This document shows positions 27,486 to 38,075 of a stretch of 64,000 bases of DNA, piece after piece. The notes under the pieces are model-generated. The model had not been told where the DNA came from. It did not search any database and saw nothing but the letters and a program-made list of their open reading frames with translations. The stretch spans positions 97,683-161,682 of the forward strand of contig CAVPCM010000011.1 in assembly GCA_963702405.1 (NCBI GenBank), read 5' to 3'. How positions within the stretch are numbered: the stretch's first letter is position 1; every line of letters begins with the position of its first letter. The DNA is from an uncultured Actinomycetota bacterium (GTDB lineage: Bacteria > Actinomycetota > UBA4738 > HRBIN12). A program made the translations under genes and the position numbers.

Positions 27486-28518
27486 AGGTGTACCTCACCC
27501 TCGGGTCCACGAACGCGTACGCGACGTCGACCACCAGGTTCGCGACCGCGATGATGAACGCGCCGAGGATCGTGACGCCCATCACGGTCGGGAAGTCGTT
27601 CGTGCCGATCGCCTGGACGGCCTTCTGCCCGATCCCCGGGAGCCCGAAGACCGTCTCGGTGATGAAGGCGCCGCCGAGCAGGAGACCGATGTCGAGGCCG
27701 AGCATCGTCACGACCGGCGTGAGGGCCCCGCGGAGGCCGTGCTTGTAGATCACGCGGCGCTCGGACAGGCCCTTGGCCCGGGCCGTCCGGATGTAGTCCT
27801 CGTTCATCGTCTCGATCAGGTTCCCGCGCACCATGCGAGCGTAGAAGGCCGCGTTGATGTACGCGAGGGAGACCCATGGGAGGATGAACCGGCCCTCGAG
27901 GGCGGCGCGGATCGCCCCTCCCCAGCCGCTGTACCCGATCGGGATCCCGGATTCGGGTAACAGCTCGAGCTTGAACCAGAACGCGTACAGGAGGAGCTGC
28001 GCGAGCCAGAAGATCGGCATCGAGACGCCGATGATCGCGAAGATCATGGCGGCGCGGTCGGCGACGGATCTTCGTCGGATGCCGGACAGGATGCCGATCG
28101 GGATGCCGAGGAGCAGCCAGATCACGGCGGCACCGATCGCGAGGGTCCCGGTGATGGGGATCCGCCGGGCCAGCTCTTCCCGCACGGGGACGAAGCCGTC
28201 GTAGGAGTAATAGACGTCCTCGTTGAGCCAGAGCCCCTCGTGGCTCCGCGGCGGGTGGCCCGCCAACATGAGCGCCGGATCGGCCGGCGGCCACGGGATG
28301 AATCCCCGGAGGAACCGCCAGTACTGGATGTAGAGGGGCTTGTCCAGACCGAACGCCCTGCGTGCGTTCTCGATCTGCTGGGGCGTGGTGGTGCGACCGA
28401 CCGCCCGGCGAGCCGGGTCGCCGGCCGGGAGCTTCACGAAGATGAGGAACGTGAGGAGCGAGACGATCACGATCACGAGGATCATGAAGAGGGCTCTCCG
28501 GATCAGGTATCGGCCCAT
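27484..28518 (-). CDS. ABC transporter permease (DppB/OppB type)
   Basis: ORF track. Confidence 0.85.
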   Translation of the reverse strand: MGRYLIRRALFMILVIVIVSLLTFLIFVKLPAGDPARRAVGRTTTPQQIENARRAFGLDKPLYIQYWRFLRGFIPWPPADPALMLAGHPPRSHEGLWLNEDVYYSYDGFVPVREELARRIPITGTLAIGAAVIWLLLGIPIGILSGIRRRSVADRAAMIFAIIGVSMPIFWLAQLLLYAFWFKLELLPESGIPIGYSGWGGAIRAALEGRFILPWVSLAYINAAFYARMVRGNLIETMNEDYIRTARAKGLSERRVIYKHGLRGALTPVVTMLGLDIGLLLGGAFITETVFGLPGIGQKAVQAIGTNDFPTVMGVTILGAFIIAVANLVVDVAYAFVDPRVRYT

Positions 28519-28612
28519 GCGCCTCTTCCTCCCTCCGGCCCCCTCGCGGGGGCCTCGGACGGAACGGTGAGGGGGCCGCTCGCGCGACCCCCTCGACCGT
28601 CTGGATCAGGTG

Positions 28613-30505
28613 CTATCCGGTGTTGCCGGGCACGGCCAGCGAGTCGAACGCCGCCAGACCAGCGAACTGGTCGAACGAGTAGTTGACGATGTTCTCCGAA
28701 AGGATGTCGACGCTGTTGTCGAACAGGTACGGCACCATCGGAACAACCTCTTCCATCAACTGCTGGTCGAGCTCGGCCCAGCACTGGAACCGCTCGTCAC
28801 CGGGCTCCAACGCCGCGCACTCGTCCTCCTTGTCATCGATGGACGGAACTTCCGTCACGTCGTAGCCCCACTCGGTCAGCTGCTCGGGCGAGGCTCCCAG
28901 GAGCGAGTAGTTGCAGCAGCTCTCCCACAGACCCGCGGAGGTGAACAGGGGCTCGCCGAACGTGACGCCGTCGGCGTAGTCCTTCCCCCACCCGGGGCCG
29001 GCGCAGAGCGCGTGATGCGAGTTCGCATCGTTGCACTGGTTGTACATCGTGCCGCGCTCCAGCTGCTTGTCGTCGAGCGTCATCCCGAGCGGCTCGAGGA
29101 ACTGCTTCAGGAGGGCCATCTGATCCGGGTACGGGTCCTCGCGATCGGTGATCGTGAGGATGTCCTGGCACGACGGATCATCGCAGACCCCGTCCCCGTC
29201 CGAGTCGTACGCGGACAGGGCCATCTCCTCCTTGGCCTTCTCGGGGTCACCGGACGCGTTCGTGGTCTGGTACGGGTCGTAGTCGGCCAAGAGGTTGTCC
29301 TCGAGGCTGTTGACCATGATGTGTCCCGCGATCTCACCGACCGAGGGGCCGCCCCGCAACTGCCGGAACCCCTGCTTGTCGAACGCCCAGGTGACCGCCT
29401 TGCGGACGTGGACGTCGTCGAAGGGAGGCACCGCCAGGTTGAAGGACACGTACCGGATCGCGTCCGATGCGTAGATGTTGATCTTGTCCTGCAGCTCGGG
29501 GTCCGTCTGGTAGTCGCGGATCTTCTCCGCGGGTACGACGCCATCGACCACGAAGTCGAGGGTCCCCGCGGCGACCTGGTTGTACAGGTCGTCGTTGTCG
29601 CCGCCGATCCGAACCTCGATCCGGTCCGGGTAGGCGTCCCGCAGTCCGTCCGTCGTTGGATCGTAGGACGGGTTGCGGACCAGCACGATCTGGCGACCCG
29701 GGACGTAGCCCGGCGCCTCGGTCTGGTCCTTCGGGTCCGCCGAGAAGTCCATCGTCTCGGACCCCTCGAACATGTACGGGCCCGTGGCCACGAGGAACCG
29801 GCCGTAGTTCCGGTCGTGTCCCTCGGCGACACCCATCCGCTCCCCTTCGTCATCGGGCGGGATCGGCGATGCGGTGCCCATGGCGAGCCGGTAGCTCATG
29901 TCGCCGACCGGTGAGGTCGTGGTGATCTCGAGCGTCTGCTCGTCAGGTGCGCTCAGCCCGGAGATCTCTTCGGCGTCGCCCGCGGCGAAGTCGTCGAAGC
30001 CCTCGATCACCGAGTAGTAGAAGGAGTACCCGCCGACGTTCGCGTCGGGGTTCGCCGTCCGCTCGAGCGCCCGGATGAAGTCCTGCGCCGTGATCTCCAC
30101 GTCCTCCTTCGGAGGCGCGTAGTGGATGCCGGGCTTGATCGTGTAGGTCCAGGTCAGCCCGTCCGAGGACTGCTCCGGTTCGCCGGCCGCGAGGTCCGGG
30201 AAGATGTCGGCACCGCCCTCGTCCGTCGGGACACCCTCATAGGACATCAGGTTCCGGAGCAGACAGCAGCGGTAGTACTCCCACGTGACGGAGTAATACT
30301 CCTTCTGTGGGTCGAACGCCGCGGTGACGTCGGCGAGCATCGCCATGGTGAGCGTCCCGCCCGCGAGCTCCGCGGGCTGGCCCGGCTCATCCGTCGGTGT
30401 GTCGACAGTATCTCCGTCGCCGCCGCACGCGGCGGCGACGATCCCGAGGACCGTCACGACGGCGATCAGTCTGAGTACTCGTTTCAAAGCTACCCCCCTT
30501 CTCAT
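28613..30505 (-). CDS. ABC transporter substrate-binding lipoprotein, family 5 (peptide/nickel)
   Basis: ORF track; lipobox VAAACGG. Confidence 0.8.
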   Translation of the reverse strand: MRRGVALKRVLRLIAVVTVLGIVAAACGGDGDTVDTPTDEPGQPAELAGGTLTMAMLADVTAAFDPQKEYYSVTWEYYRCCLLRNLMSYEGVPTDEGGADIFPDLAAGEPEQSSDGLTWTYTIKPGIHYAPPKEDVEITAQDFIRALERTANPDANVGGYSFYYSVIEGFDDFAAGDAEEISGLSAPDEQTLEITTTSPVGDMSYRLAMGTASPIPPDDEGERMGVAEGHDRNYGRFLVATGPYMFEGSETMDFSADPKDQTEAPGYVPGRQIVLVRNPSYDPTTDGLRDAYPDRIEVRIGGDNDDLYNQVAAGTLDFVVDGVVPAEKIRDYQTDPELQDKINIYASDAIRYVSFNLAVPPFDDVHVRKAVTWAFDKQGFRQLRGGPSVGEIAGHIMVNSLEDNLLADYDPYQTTNASGDPEKAKEEMALSAYDSDGDGVCDDPSCQDILTITDREDPYPDQMALLKQFLEPLGMTLDDKQLERGTMYNQCNDANSHHALCAGPGWGKDYADGVTFGEPLFTSAGLWESCCNYSLLGASPEQLTEWGYDVTEVPSIDDKEDECAALEPGDERFQCWAELDQQLMEEVVPMVPYLFDNSVDILSENIVNYSFDQFAGLAAFDSLAVPGNTG

Positions 30506-30583
30506 GGTGCAGATGTGACGATCAATGGTGCTCCGTGCTCGAGGTCGTCCTCCTTTCGAACCGGGTTCCCCCTGTCGATACGC

Positions 30584-31630
30584 TCAGACGGCCTTCCGAG
30601 GATCGAGTGCGTCTCGGAGGCCGTCCCCCACGAGGTTGAAAGCCAGCGTCGTGAGGAACAGGGCGAGGCCCGGGAAGATCATCAGCCAGGGAGCCCATCG
30701 GAAGGCCGTGCCCGCGTCGGCGAGCATGGCTCCCCAGGACGGTGTTCCGTCCGGGACCCCCACGCCGAGGAACGAGAGTCCGGCCTCGAACAGGATGTTG
30801 CTCGGGATGATGAGCGTGGTGTAGACGATGATCGGCGCGGTCACGTTCGGGAGGACCTCGCGGAGGATGATGCGCCGGTTGGAGGCTCCCAGCGAGCGGG
30901 AGGCTTCCACGAACTCCTTCTCGCGGATCGACAGCACCTGGCCGCGGACGATGCGAGCGATGTACGGCCACCCGAACAGCCCGATGATCAAGATCACCGG
31001 TCGCAACCCCGGTTTGATGAAGCCCCAGAAGCAGCCCTCCTGGTTCGCGCCGCACGCAGAGGCGATCCCGAGCGCCAGGAGCAGGATCGGCAACGCGAGC
31101 ACGACGTCGGTCGCGCGCGAGATGACCGTGTCGATCTTGCCCCGGTAGAAGCCCGACGTCAGACCAAGCAGCACACCGATCACGACGGCGATGCCCGTCG
31201 CGAAGAACGCGACCGTGAGAGACGTGCGTGCGCCGTACGCGATCCGCACGAAGAGGTCACGTCCGGTGTCGTCGACCCCCAGGAGGTACTTGGGAGGAGC
31301 CTTCGCCTCCGGGCCGGGCCACCAGGTGGGCGCCGACGGGAGGCCGAACTCGTCGAGCGCCTCCAGATTGACCTGGTTCGGCTCGTGCCCCGACCAGCTG
31401 GCCACCAGCGGGGCGAAGACCGCCATCAGGATCATCAGCGCGATGATCACCAGACCCATGATGGCGAACTTGTCCTGGCGGAAGTGACTCCAGAAGATCT
31501 CCCAGGGGCTCCGGCCGATGATCGAGGCCGGGGTCTCGGCGGACGGCGCGGCAGCCTCCAGGTCGGCGCGCTCGGCAGCTTCGCGCTGTTCCGCCTGGGA
31601 TACGTCGGTGTCCGTGTCGGATCGACTCAT
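30584..31630 (-). CDS. ABC transporter permease (DppC/OppC type) with an acidic N-terminal extension
   Basis: ORF track. Confidence 0.8.
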   Translation of the reverse strand: MSRSDTDTDVSQAEQREAAERADLEAAAPSAETPASIIGRSPWEIFWSHFRQDKFAIMGLVIIALMILMAVFAPLVASWSGHEPNQVNLEALDEFGLPSAPTWWPGPEAKAPPKYLLGVDDTGRDLFVRIAYGARTSLTVAFFATGIAVVIGVLLGLTSGFYRGKIDTVISRATDVVLALPILLLALGIASACGANQEGCFWGFIKPGLRPVILIIGLFGWPYIARIVRGQVLSIREKEFVEASRSLGASNRRIILREVLPNVTAPIIVYTTLIIPSNILFEAGLSFLGVGVPDGTPSWGAMLADAGTAFRWAPWLMIFPGLALFLTTLAFNLVGDGLRDALDPRKAV

Positions 31631-31733
31631 GCCCGGGAACCGATTCTAGAGAGGTTGCAGGGGACCCGCAATCCAGCAACCCCCTGAGGGGCACCCTCGC
31701 AGCGGCTTTGATGGGCAAGGAAGCGAAAGGACG

Positions 31734-32486
31734 TCACCGGTACCGGGCGATCAGGGCCAGGCTTTCCGGATCGAGGCTCGCGCCCCCGACCAGTGCCCCG
31801 TCGATCTCCGGGTGGGCCATGAACTCCCGGATGTTGCCCGGCTTGACGCTTCCTCCATAGAGGACGCGGACCCCGTCGGCGATCTCCGGGGAGACGCGGT
31901 CCGCGAGCGTGGCGCGGATCACCTCCACGACCTGTCCCGCGTCGGTGGGCTCCGCGTTGCGGCCCGTGCCGATCGCCCAGATCGGCTCGTACGCGACGAC
32001 GGACCCGGCCGCGGCCGTCGCGTCGATCCCGTCGAAGGCCCGCCGGACCTGCTCGGTCACCTTCGTCTCGGTACCGCCCGACTCCCGCTCCTCGAGCGTC
32101 TCCCCCACGCAGACGATCGGCGCCATCCCGTTGCGGATCACCGCCTTCAGCTTCCGATTGACCGTGGCGTCGTCCTCGCCGACGAGCTGGCGGCGCTCGG
32201 AATGACCGACGATGACGTAGGCGACGTCGAGCGCCGCGAGCATCGGCCCCGCCACCGCCCCGGTGAACGCGCCCTCGTCCTCCGGGTGGACGTCCTGCGC
32301 GCCCAACCCGTAGGGCAGGCGATCGGAGTCGATCAGGGTCTGCACGGAACGGAGGGCCGTGAACGCGGGGCAGATCACCACCTCCACGTGCTCGGCGTCC
32401 TTCCGGTCGAGCAGGTACGAGAGCTTCTGCACGGCCTGGATCGCCTCGAGGTGCGTCTTGTGCATCTTCCAGTTCGCCGCGATCAT
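31734..32486 (-). CDS. tpiA: triosephosphate isomerase
   Basis: MIAANWKMH ... GHSERR ... motifs. Confidence 0.85.
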   Translation of the reverse strand: MIAANWKMHKTHLEAIQAVQKLSYLLDRKDAEHVEVVICPAFTALRSVQTLIDSDRLPYGLGAQDVHPEDEGAFTGAVAGPMLAALDVAYVIVGHSERRQLVGEDDATVNRKLKAVIRNGMAPIVCVGETLEERESGGTETKVTEQVRRAFDGIDATAAAGSVVAYEPIWAIGTGRNAEPTDAGQVVEVIRATLADRVSPEIADGVRVLYGGSVKPGNIREFMAHPEIDGALVGGASLDPESLALIARYR

Positions 32487-32505
32487 CGGCGTTCGCTCGG
32501 CCACG

Positions 32506-33695
32506 TCAGCCCTCCAGGACCGTGACGCCGGGGAGCGGCGTTCCCTCGAGGAACTCGAGCGAGGCGCCACCGCCCGTGGACAGGTGGTCGAATGAATCCT
32601 CGAGCCCCTCCCGCTTGACCGCGAGCAGGGAGTCCCCACCCCCGACCACCGAGAACGCGGCCGCCCCCGCGATCGCCACGGCGACGCCCCGGGTGCCCGC
32701 CGAGAACGGCTCGAGCTCGAAGACGCCCATCGGACCGTTCCACAGGATCGTCTTGGCGTCGGCGAGGATCCGGGCGAACTCCTCCACGGTCCGAGGTCCG
32801 ATGTCGAGTCCTTTGAGACCGCGCGGGATCTCGCGCGCCGGCACGGTCTGCGGGCGGACGTCGGCGCTCGCCTCGGCGGCGGCGACGACGTCTTGGGGGA
32901 GCTCGATCAGGGCGTCGCCCGTCCCCTTCATGACGGCACGGACCTCGTCGAAGCGATCGCGCTCCACCAGGCTGTCGCCGATCTCGCCACCGTCCGCCGC
33001 GATCAGCGTGAACGCCATCGCTCCACCGATCAGCAGCGCGTCGGCGCGCTCGGCGAGAGCGCCGAGCACCCCGAGCTTGTCCGAGACCTTGGCGCCGCCG
33101 AGGACGGCGACGTACGGCCGGTCGGGGTCTCGGAGGAGTCGGCCGAGAACCTCGACCTCCCGCTGCAGCAGCCGTCCGGCCGCGGTCGTCCGGCCCGACG
33201 CTCGCATCAGGTCGGGCAGCGCGACGACGCTCGCGTGCGCCCGATGCGCGGCGCCGAACGCGTCGTCCACGTACGCGTCGGCGAGCTCGGCGAGGCGTCC
33301 CGCGAAGCGGACGTCGTTCGCCTCCTCGCCCGGATCGAAGCGGAGGTTCTCGAGGAGGACCACGTCGCCCTGCTCGATGTGGGCGCACACGGCCTCGGGG
33401 CCGTCGCCGACGACCTCGTCGAGCGCCATCACCTCGACCTCGAGCAGTTCGCCGAGCCTGTCGGCGACGGACGCGAGCCGGAGGTCGTCCCGCGCCTCCC
33501 CCTCGGGACGTCCGAGGTGGGACGCCACCACGAGGGCCGCTCCCCGCTCGCGCAGCTCGCGGAGGGTGGGGATCGCGGCACGGATCCGCAGATCGTCCGC
33601 CACGCGGCCGCCCTCGAGAGGGACGTTGAAGTCGACGCGGACGAACACACGGGAGCCGGCGACGTCGCCGAGGTCGTCGAGCGTCCGGAGCGCCA

Positions 33696-33698
<3 letters not shown>
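32506..33698 (-). CDS. pgk: phosphoglycerate kinase
   Basis: RVFVRVDFNVPL ... ; GTG start overlaps the gap stop; the long ORF 32506..34248 is over-extended. Confidence 0.85.
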
Positions 33699-34751
<1,053 letters not shown>

Positions 34752-34797
34752 CTACGAGCGGGCCTCGGGAGCTGTCCGTCCGTGTAGCGTGGCGCCG

Positions 34798-35247
34798 ATG
34801 GGCGACGGCGTGGACGCGCGGAACCGGGCGTCCGCCGACCGCTTGGCGGCGCTCGGCGCGAGGCTCTCCGACGACGAGCTGAGGACCGAGATCGACCCGC
34901 CCTGGACCGCCGCCGGGCTCTTCGCGCACATCGCCTTCTGGGACCGCTTCGTGCTGGAGCGCTGGAGGCTGGCCGCCGAACGTGGCGAGCGGACGCCGAT
35001 GGCCGTCGACGGCGGTCTGATGGATCGGATCAACGACGCGTCGTTGCGCCAGTGGATGTCGATCCCCCCTCGGGCTGCCGTCGAGGAGTGTGCGACCTCC
35101 GCGTCCGATCTCGATGCGTTCGTCGAGGACGTCGCGGATGACGTCCGAGAGGAGCTCGCCGCAGAGGGTCGGGAACGGCTCGTCGATCGCTCGCTCCATC
35201 GCGGCGACCACCTGGGGACCCTCGAGGCGGCCTTCCCCGCGGATTGA
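34798..35247 (+). CDS. DinB-like / mycothiol-dependent-isomerase-like hypothetical protein
   Basis: inner Met of ORF 34288..35247; weak family assignment. Confidence 0.35.
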   Translation: MGDGVDARNRASADRLAALGARLSDDELRTEIDPPWTAAGLFAHIAFWDRFVLERWRLAAERGERTPMAVDGGLMDRINDASLRQWMSIPPRAAVEECATSASDLDAFVEDVADDVREELAAEGRERLVDRSLHRGDHLGTLEAAFPAD

Positions 35248-35253
35248 GTCTGG

Positions 35254-36153
35254 TCAGTCGCGGTCGACGTCGCGGTGGCTCACGGAGACGCGATGCCCGT
35301 GCTCGCGGAACCAGTCGGCGAGGTCGTCCGCGACCACGACGGAGCGGTGCCGGCCTCCGGTGCAGCCGATCGCGATCGTCAGATACGACTTCCCCTCGTC
35401 CACGTAGCCGGGGACGACGACGTCCAGGAGGCCTTCGAGCCGCTTCATGAAGGACCCGTATTCCTCTTGCCCCTCGACGTACTCGCGCACCTTCTCGTTG
35501 CTGCCCGGAAGCGGACGGAGCTCGTCGACCCAGTGCGGGTTGGGGAGGAACCGCACGTCCAGCACGAGGTCGGCGTCGCGCGGGCTCCCGTACTTGAAGC
35601 CGAACGACACGATGGAGACGAGCAGGCCGGCCTCGGGCGGTGTGTCGGCGAACGTCTCCCGCATCCGGTCGCGGAGGTCGTGCGGCGTCAGTCCGGTGGT
35701 GTCGATCACGAGGTCGGCGTCGGCCCGGAGGCTCTCCATCATCAAGCGCTCCTTGCGGATCCCTTCCCCCACCCGGTCGCCCGGAGCCAGCGGGTGACGC
35801 CGGCGGGTCGCCTCGTACCGGTTGACGAGGTCCTCGTCCGACGCGTCGAGGAAGACGATCCTGGATGGGACCCGTTGCTCCCGCAGCTCCTCGAGCGCCT
35901 TCGACAGCTCGCCGAAGAACACGCCGCCCCGCGCGTCCACGACGATCGCCACCCGTCCGGGACCGCCCGGGCTCGCGGCCAGCTCGGCCATCTTCGGCAG
36001 GAGCGCCGGCGGCAGGTTGTCGACGACGAAGTACCCGAGGTCCTCGAGGCTCCGCGCGGCCTCGGAGCGACCCGCCCCCGACAGCCCGGTGATCAAGAGG
36101 AACCCAGGCGCGGCGGTCTCCCGCGCCGATCGCTTCGCGGCCCGTGCCATCAC
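35254..36153 (-). CDS. rapZ: RNase adapter protein RapZ (YvcJ family P-loop protein)
   Basis: LLITGLSGAGRS. Confidence 0.85.
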   Translation of the reverse strand: MMARAAKRSARETAAPGFLLITGLSGAGRSEAARSLEDLGYFVVDNLPPALLPKMAELAASPGGPGRVAIVVDARGGVFFGELSKALEELREQRVPSRIVFLDASDEDLVNRYEATRRRHPLAPGDRVGEGIRKERLMMESLRADADLVIDTTGLTPHDLRDRMRETFADTPPEAGLLVSIVSFGFKYGSPRDADLVLDVRFLPNPHWVDELRPLPGSNEKVREYVEGQEEYGSFMKRLEGLLDVVVPGYVDEGKSYLTIAIGCTGGRHRSVVVADDLADWFREHGHRVSVSHRDVDRD

Positions 36154-38027
36154 GCGCTCTCCCGACGATCCGTCACCGATACCGCGTGCAGCCGGCGATG
36201 GATCTCGTCCGCGAGCCGGGGGCCGACGCCCGGTGTGGCGGCGAGGTCGGCCGCTCCCGCCTGACGGATCTTCGTCAGAGAGCCGAAGCGCTTCATCAGC
36301 GCGCGCTTCCGGGACGGCCCCACGCCGGGGATCTCGTCCAGCGGCGAGGAGAGAGCCCGACGGTCGCGCCGTTGGCGGTGGTACGTGATCGCGAAGCGGT
36401 GGGCCTCGTCACGGATGTGCTGGAGCACGAAGAGCGCCTCCGATCCGCGCGCGATCGACAGCGGATCCGGGCGGTCGGGGAAATAGATCTCCTCGAGTCG
36501 CTTCGCGAGCCCGATGTGCGGGATGTGCAGGCCGAGGTCCTCGAGGACCCTGGTCGCGACGCTCAGCTGGCCGCGACCGCCGTCCACCACCACGAGCGCC
36601 GGTGGGTAGGAGAACCGTCTCCGGCCCCCGGGCGGCTCCGCCTTCTCTTTCAGCAGCCGCGAGAACCGCCGGGTGAGCATCTCCTCCATGCTCGCGAAAT
36701 CGTCCTGCCCGGGCACGCCCTTGATCTCGAACCGGCGGTAGTCGGCTCGCTTCGGGAGGCCGTCCTCGAAGACCACCATGGATCCCACCGTGTCGCTCGG
36801 CCCGAGGTTGGAGATGTCGTAGCACTCGATGCGGAGGGGTGCCTGCTCGAGGCCGAGCTGATCGGCGAGCTCGGAGAGCGCCCGGGACCGCGCCCCGAAG
36901 TCCGAGGCGCGCCGGAGCTTGTGCCGATGGAACGCCTCGCTCGCGTTGCTCCCCACGACCTCCATCAGGCGCCGCTTGGCGCCGCGCGCCGGCACGGCGA
37001 TCGTGACGTGAGAACCGCGACGGGCCGAGAGCCAGGTCTCCAGCACCTCCCGGTCCGCCGGCTCCGTCGGCACCAGGATCCGCGGCGGCACGTCTTCCCG
37101 CTCCATGTAGAGCTGCCGGAGGAACGACGCGACGAGCTCGGGTCGGTCGAGGTCCTCCACGCGATCGACGATCCATCCCTTCCGGCCGAGGACCCGTCCG
37201 CCGCGAACCGTGAAGACCTGGAAGGCGGCCTCGAGGTCGTCCTCGGCGAGGCCGACGACGTCCAGATTCTCGGGCTGGACGAGGACCATCTCCTGGCTCT
37301 CCAGCGCCCGGCGCGCCGCCTGCAGCTGGTCACGGAACCGCGCCGCTTGCTCGTACTCCTCCCGACCCGACGCCTCGGCCATCTCCTCTTCGAGGCGCCT
37401 GAGCACCGGCTTCGAGTTCCCCGCGAGGAAGTCGCCGAGCGCGTCCACGTCGCTTCGGTACGCCTCCTCCGTGATCCCCGTGGTGGTCGGGACGCAGGGG
37501 CCGGAGCACCGGCCGATGTCGTAGTAGAGGCAGGGCCGCCCGGCGCGGGCGCGCTGGTCGAAGAAGTGGTTCGTGCAGGTGCGGATGGGGAACACGCGCG
37601 TCAGGGCGTCCAGCGTGTCCCGGATCGCCCAGGCGTGCCCGTACGGCCCGAAGTACCGGACCTTCTTCCGCTTGGTTCCGCGGAGGACCTGGGCGCGCGG
37701 CCACGTCTCCCCCACCGTGAGCGCGAGGTAGGGATACGACTTGTCGTCGCGGTAGCGGATGTTGAAGCGCGGCAGGTACTGCTGGATCAGGTTGAACTCC
37801 AGCATCAGCGCGTCGACCTCGCCTGACGCGACGATCCACTCGACGCTCGCCGCCGCGTCCACCATGGCCTCGGTCCGCGGATGGAGAGGTCGGGACCAGT
37901 AGTTCGCCAGCCGCTTCCGGAGCGAGCCGGCCTTCCCGACGTAGACGACCCTGCCGTCCTCGTCACGGAAGAGGTAGGCGCCGGGAGCGTCCGGGATGGT
38001 GGACGATGCCAGCTTGGTGAAGCTCAC
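36150..38027 (-). CDS. uvrC: excinuclease ABC subunit C
   Basis: GIY-YIG N-terminus, full-length ORF. Confidence 0.9.
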   Translation of the reverse strand: MSFTKLASSTIPDAPGAYLFRDEDGRVVYVGKAGSLRKRLANYWSRPLHPRTEAMVDAAASVEWIVASGEVDALMLEFNLIQQYLPRFNIRYRDDKSYPYLALTVGETWPRAQVLRGTKRKKVRYFGPYGHAWAIRDTLDALTRVFPIRTCTNHFFDQRARAGRPCLYYDIGRCSGPCVPTTTGITEEAYRSDVDALGDFLAGNSKPVLRRLEEEMAEASGREEYEQAARFRDQLQAARRALESQEMVLVQPENLDVVGLAEDDLEAAFQVFTVRGGRVLGRKGWIVDRVEDLDRPELVASFLRQLYMEREDVPPRILVPTEPADREVLETWLSARRGSHVTIAVPARGAKRRLMEVVGSNASEAFHRHKLRRASDFGARSRALSELADQLGLEQAPLRIECYDISNLGPSDTVGSMVVFEDGLPKRADYRRFEIKGVPGQDDFASMEEMLTRRFSRLLKEKAEPPGGRRRFSYPPALVVVDGGRGQLSVATRVLEDLGLHIPHIGLAKRLEEIYFPDRPDPLSIARGSEALFVLQHIRDEAHRFAITYHRQRRDRRALSSPLDEIPGVGPSRKRALMKRFGSLTKIRQAGAADLAATPGVGPRLADEIHRRLHAVSVTDRRESA

Positions 38028-38075
38028 CCACCTATCGTAGCGCCGTCGGGTGACCCGGCTGGGAACGTGGAGTGG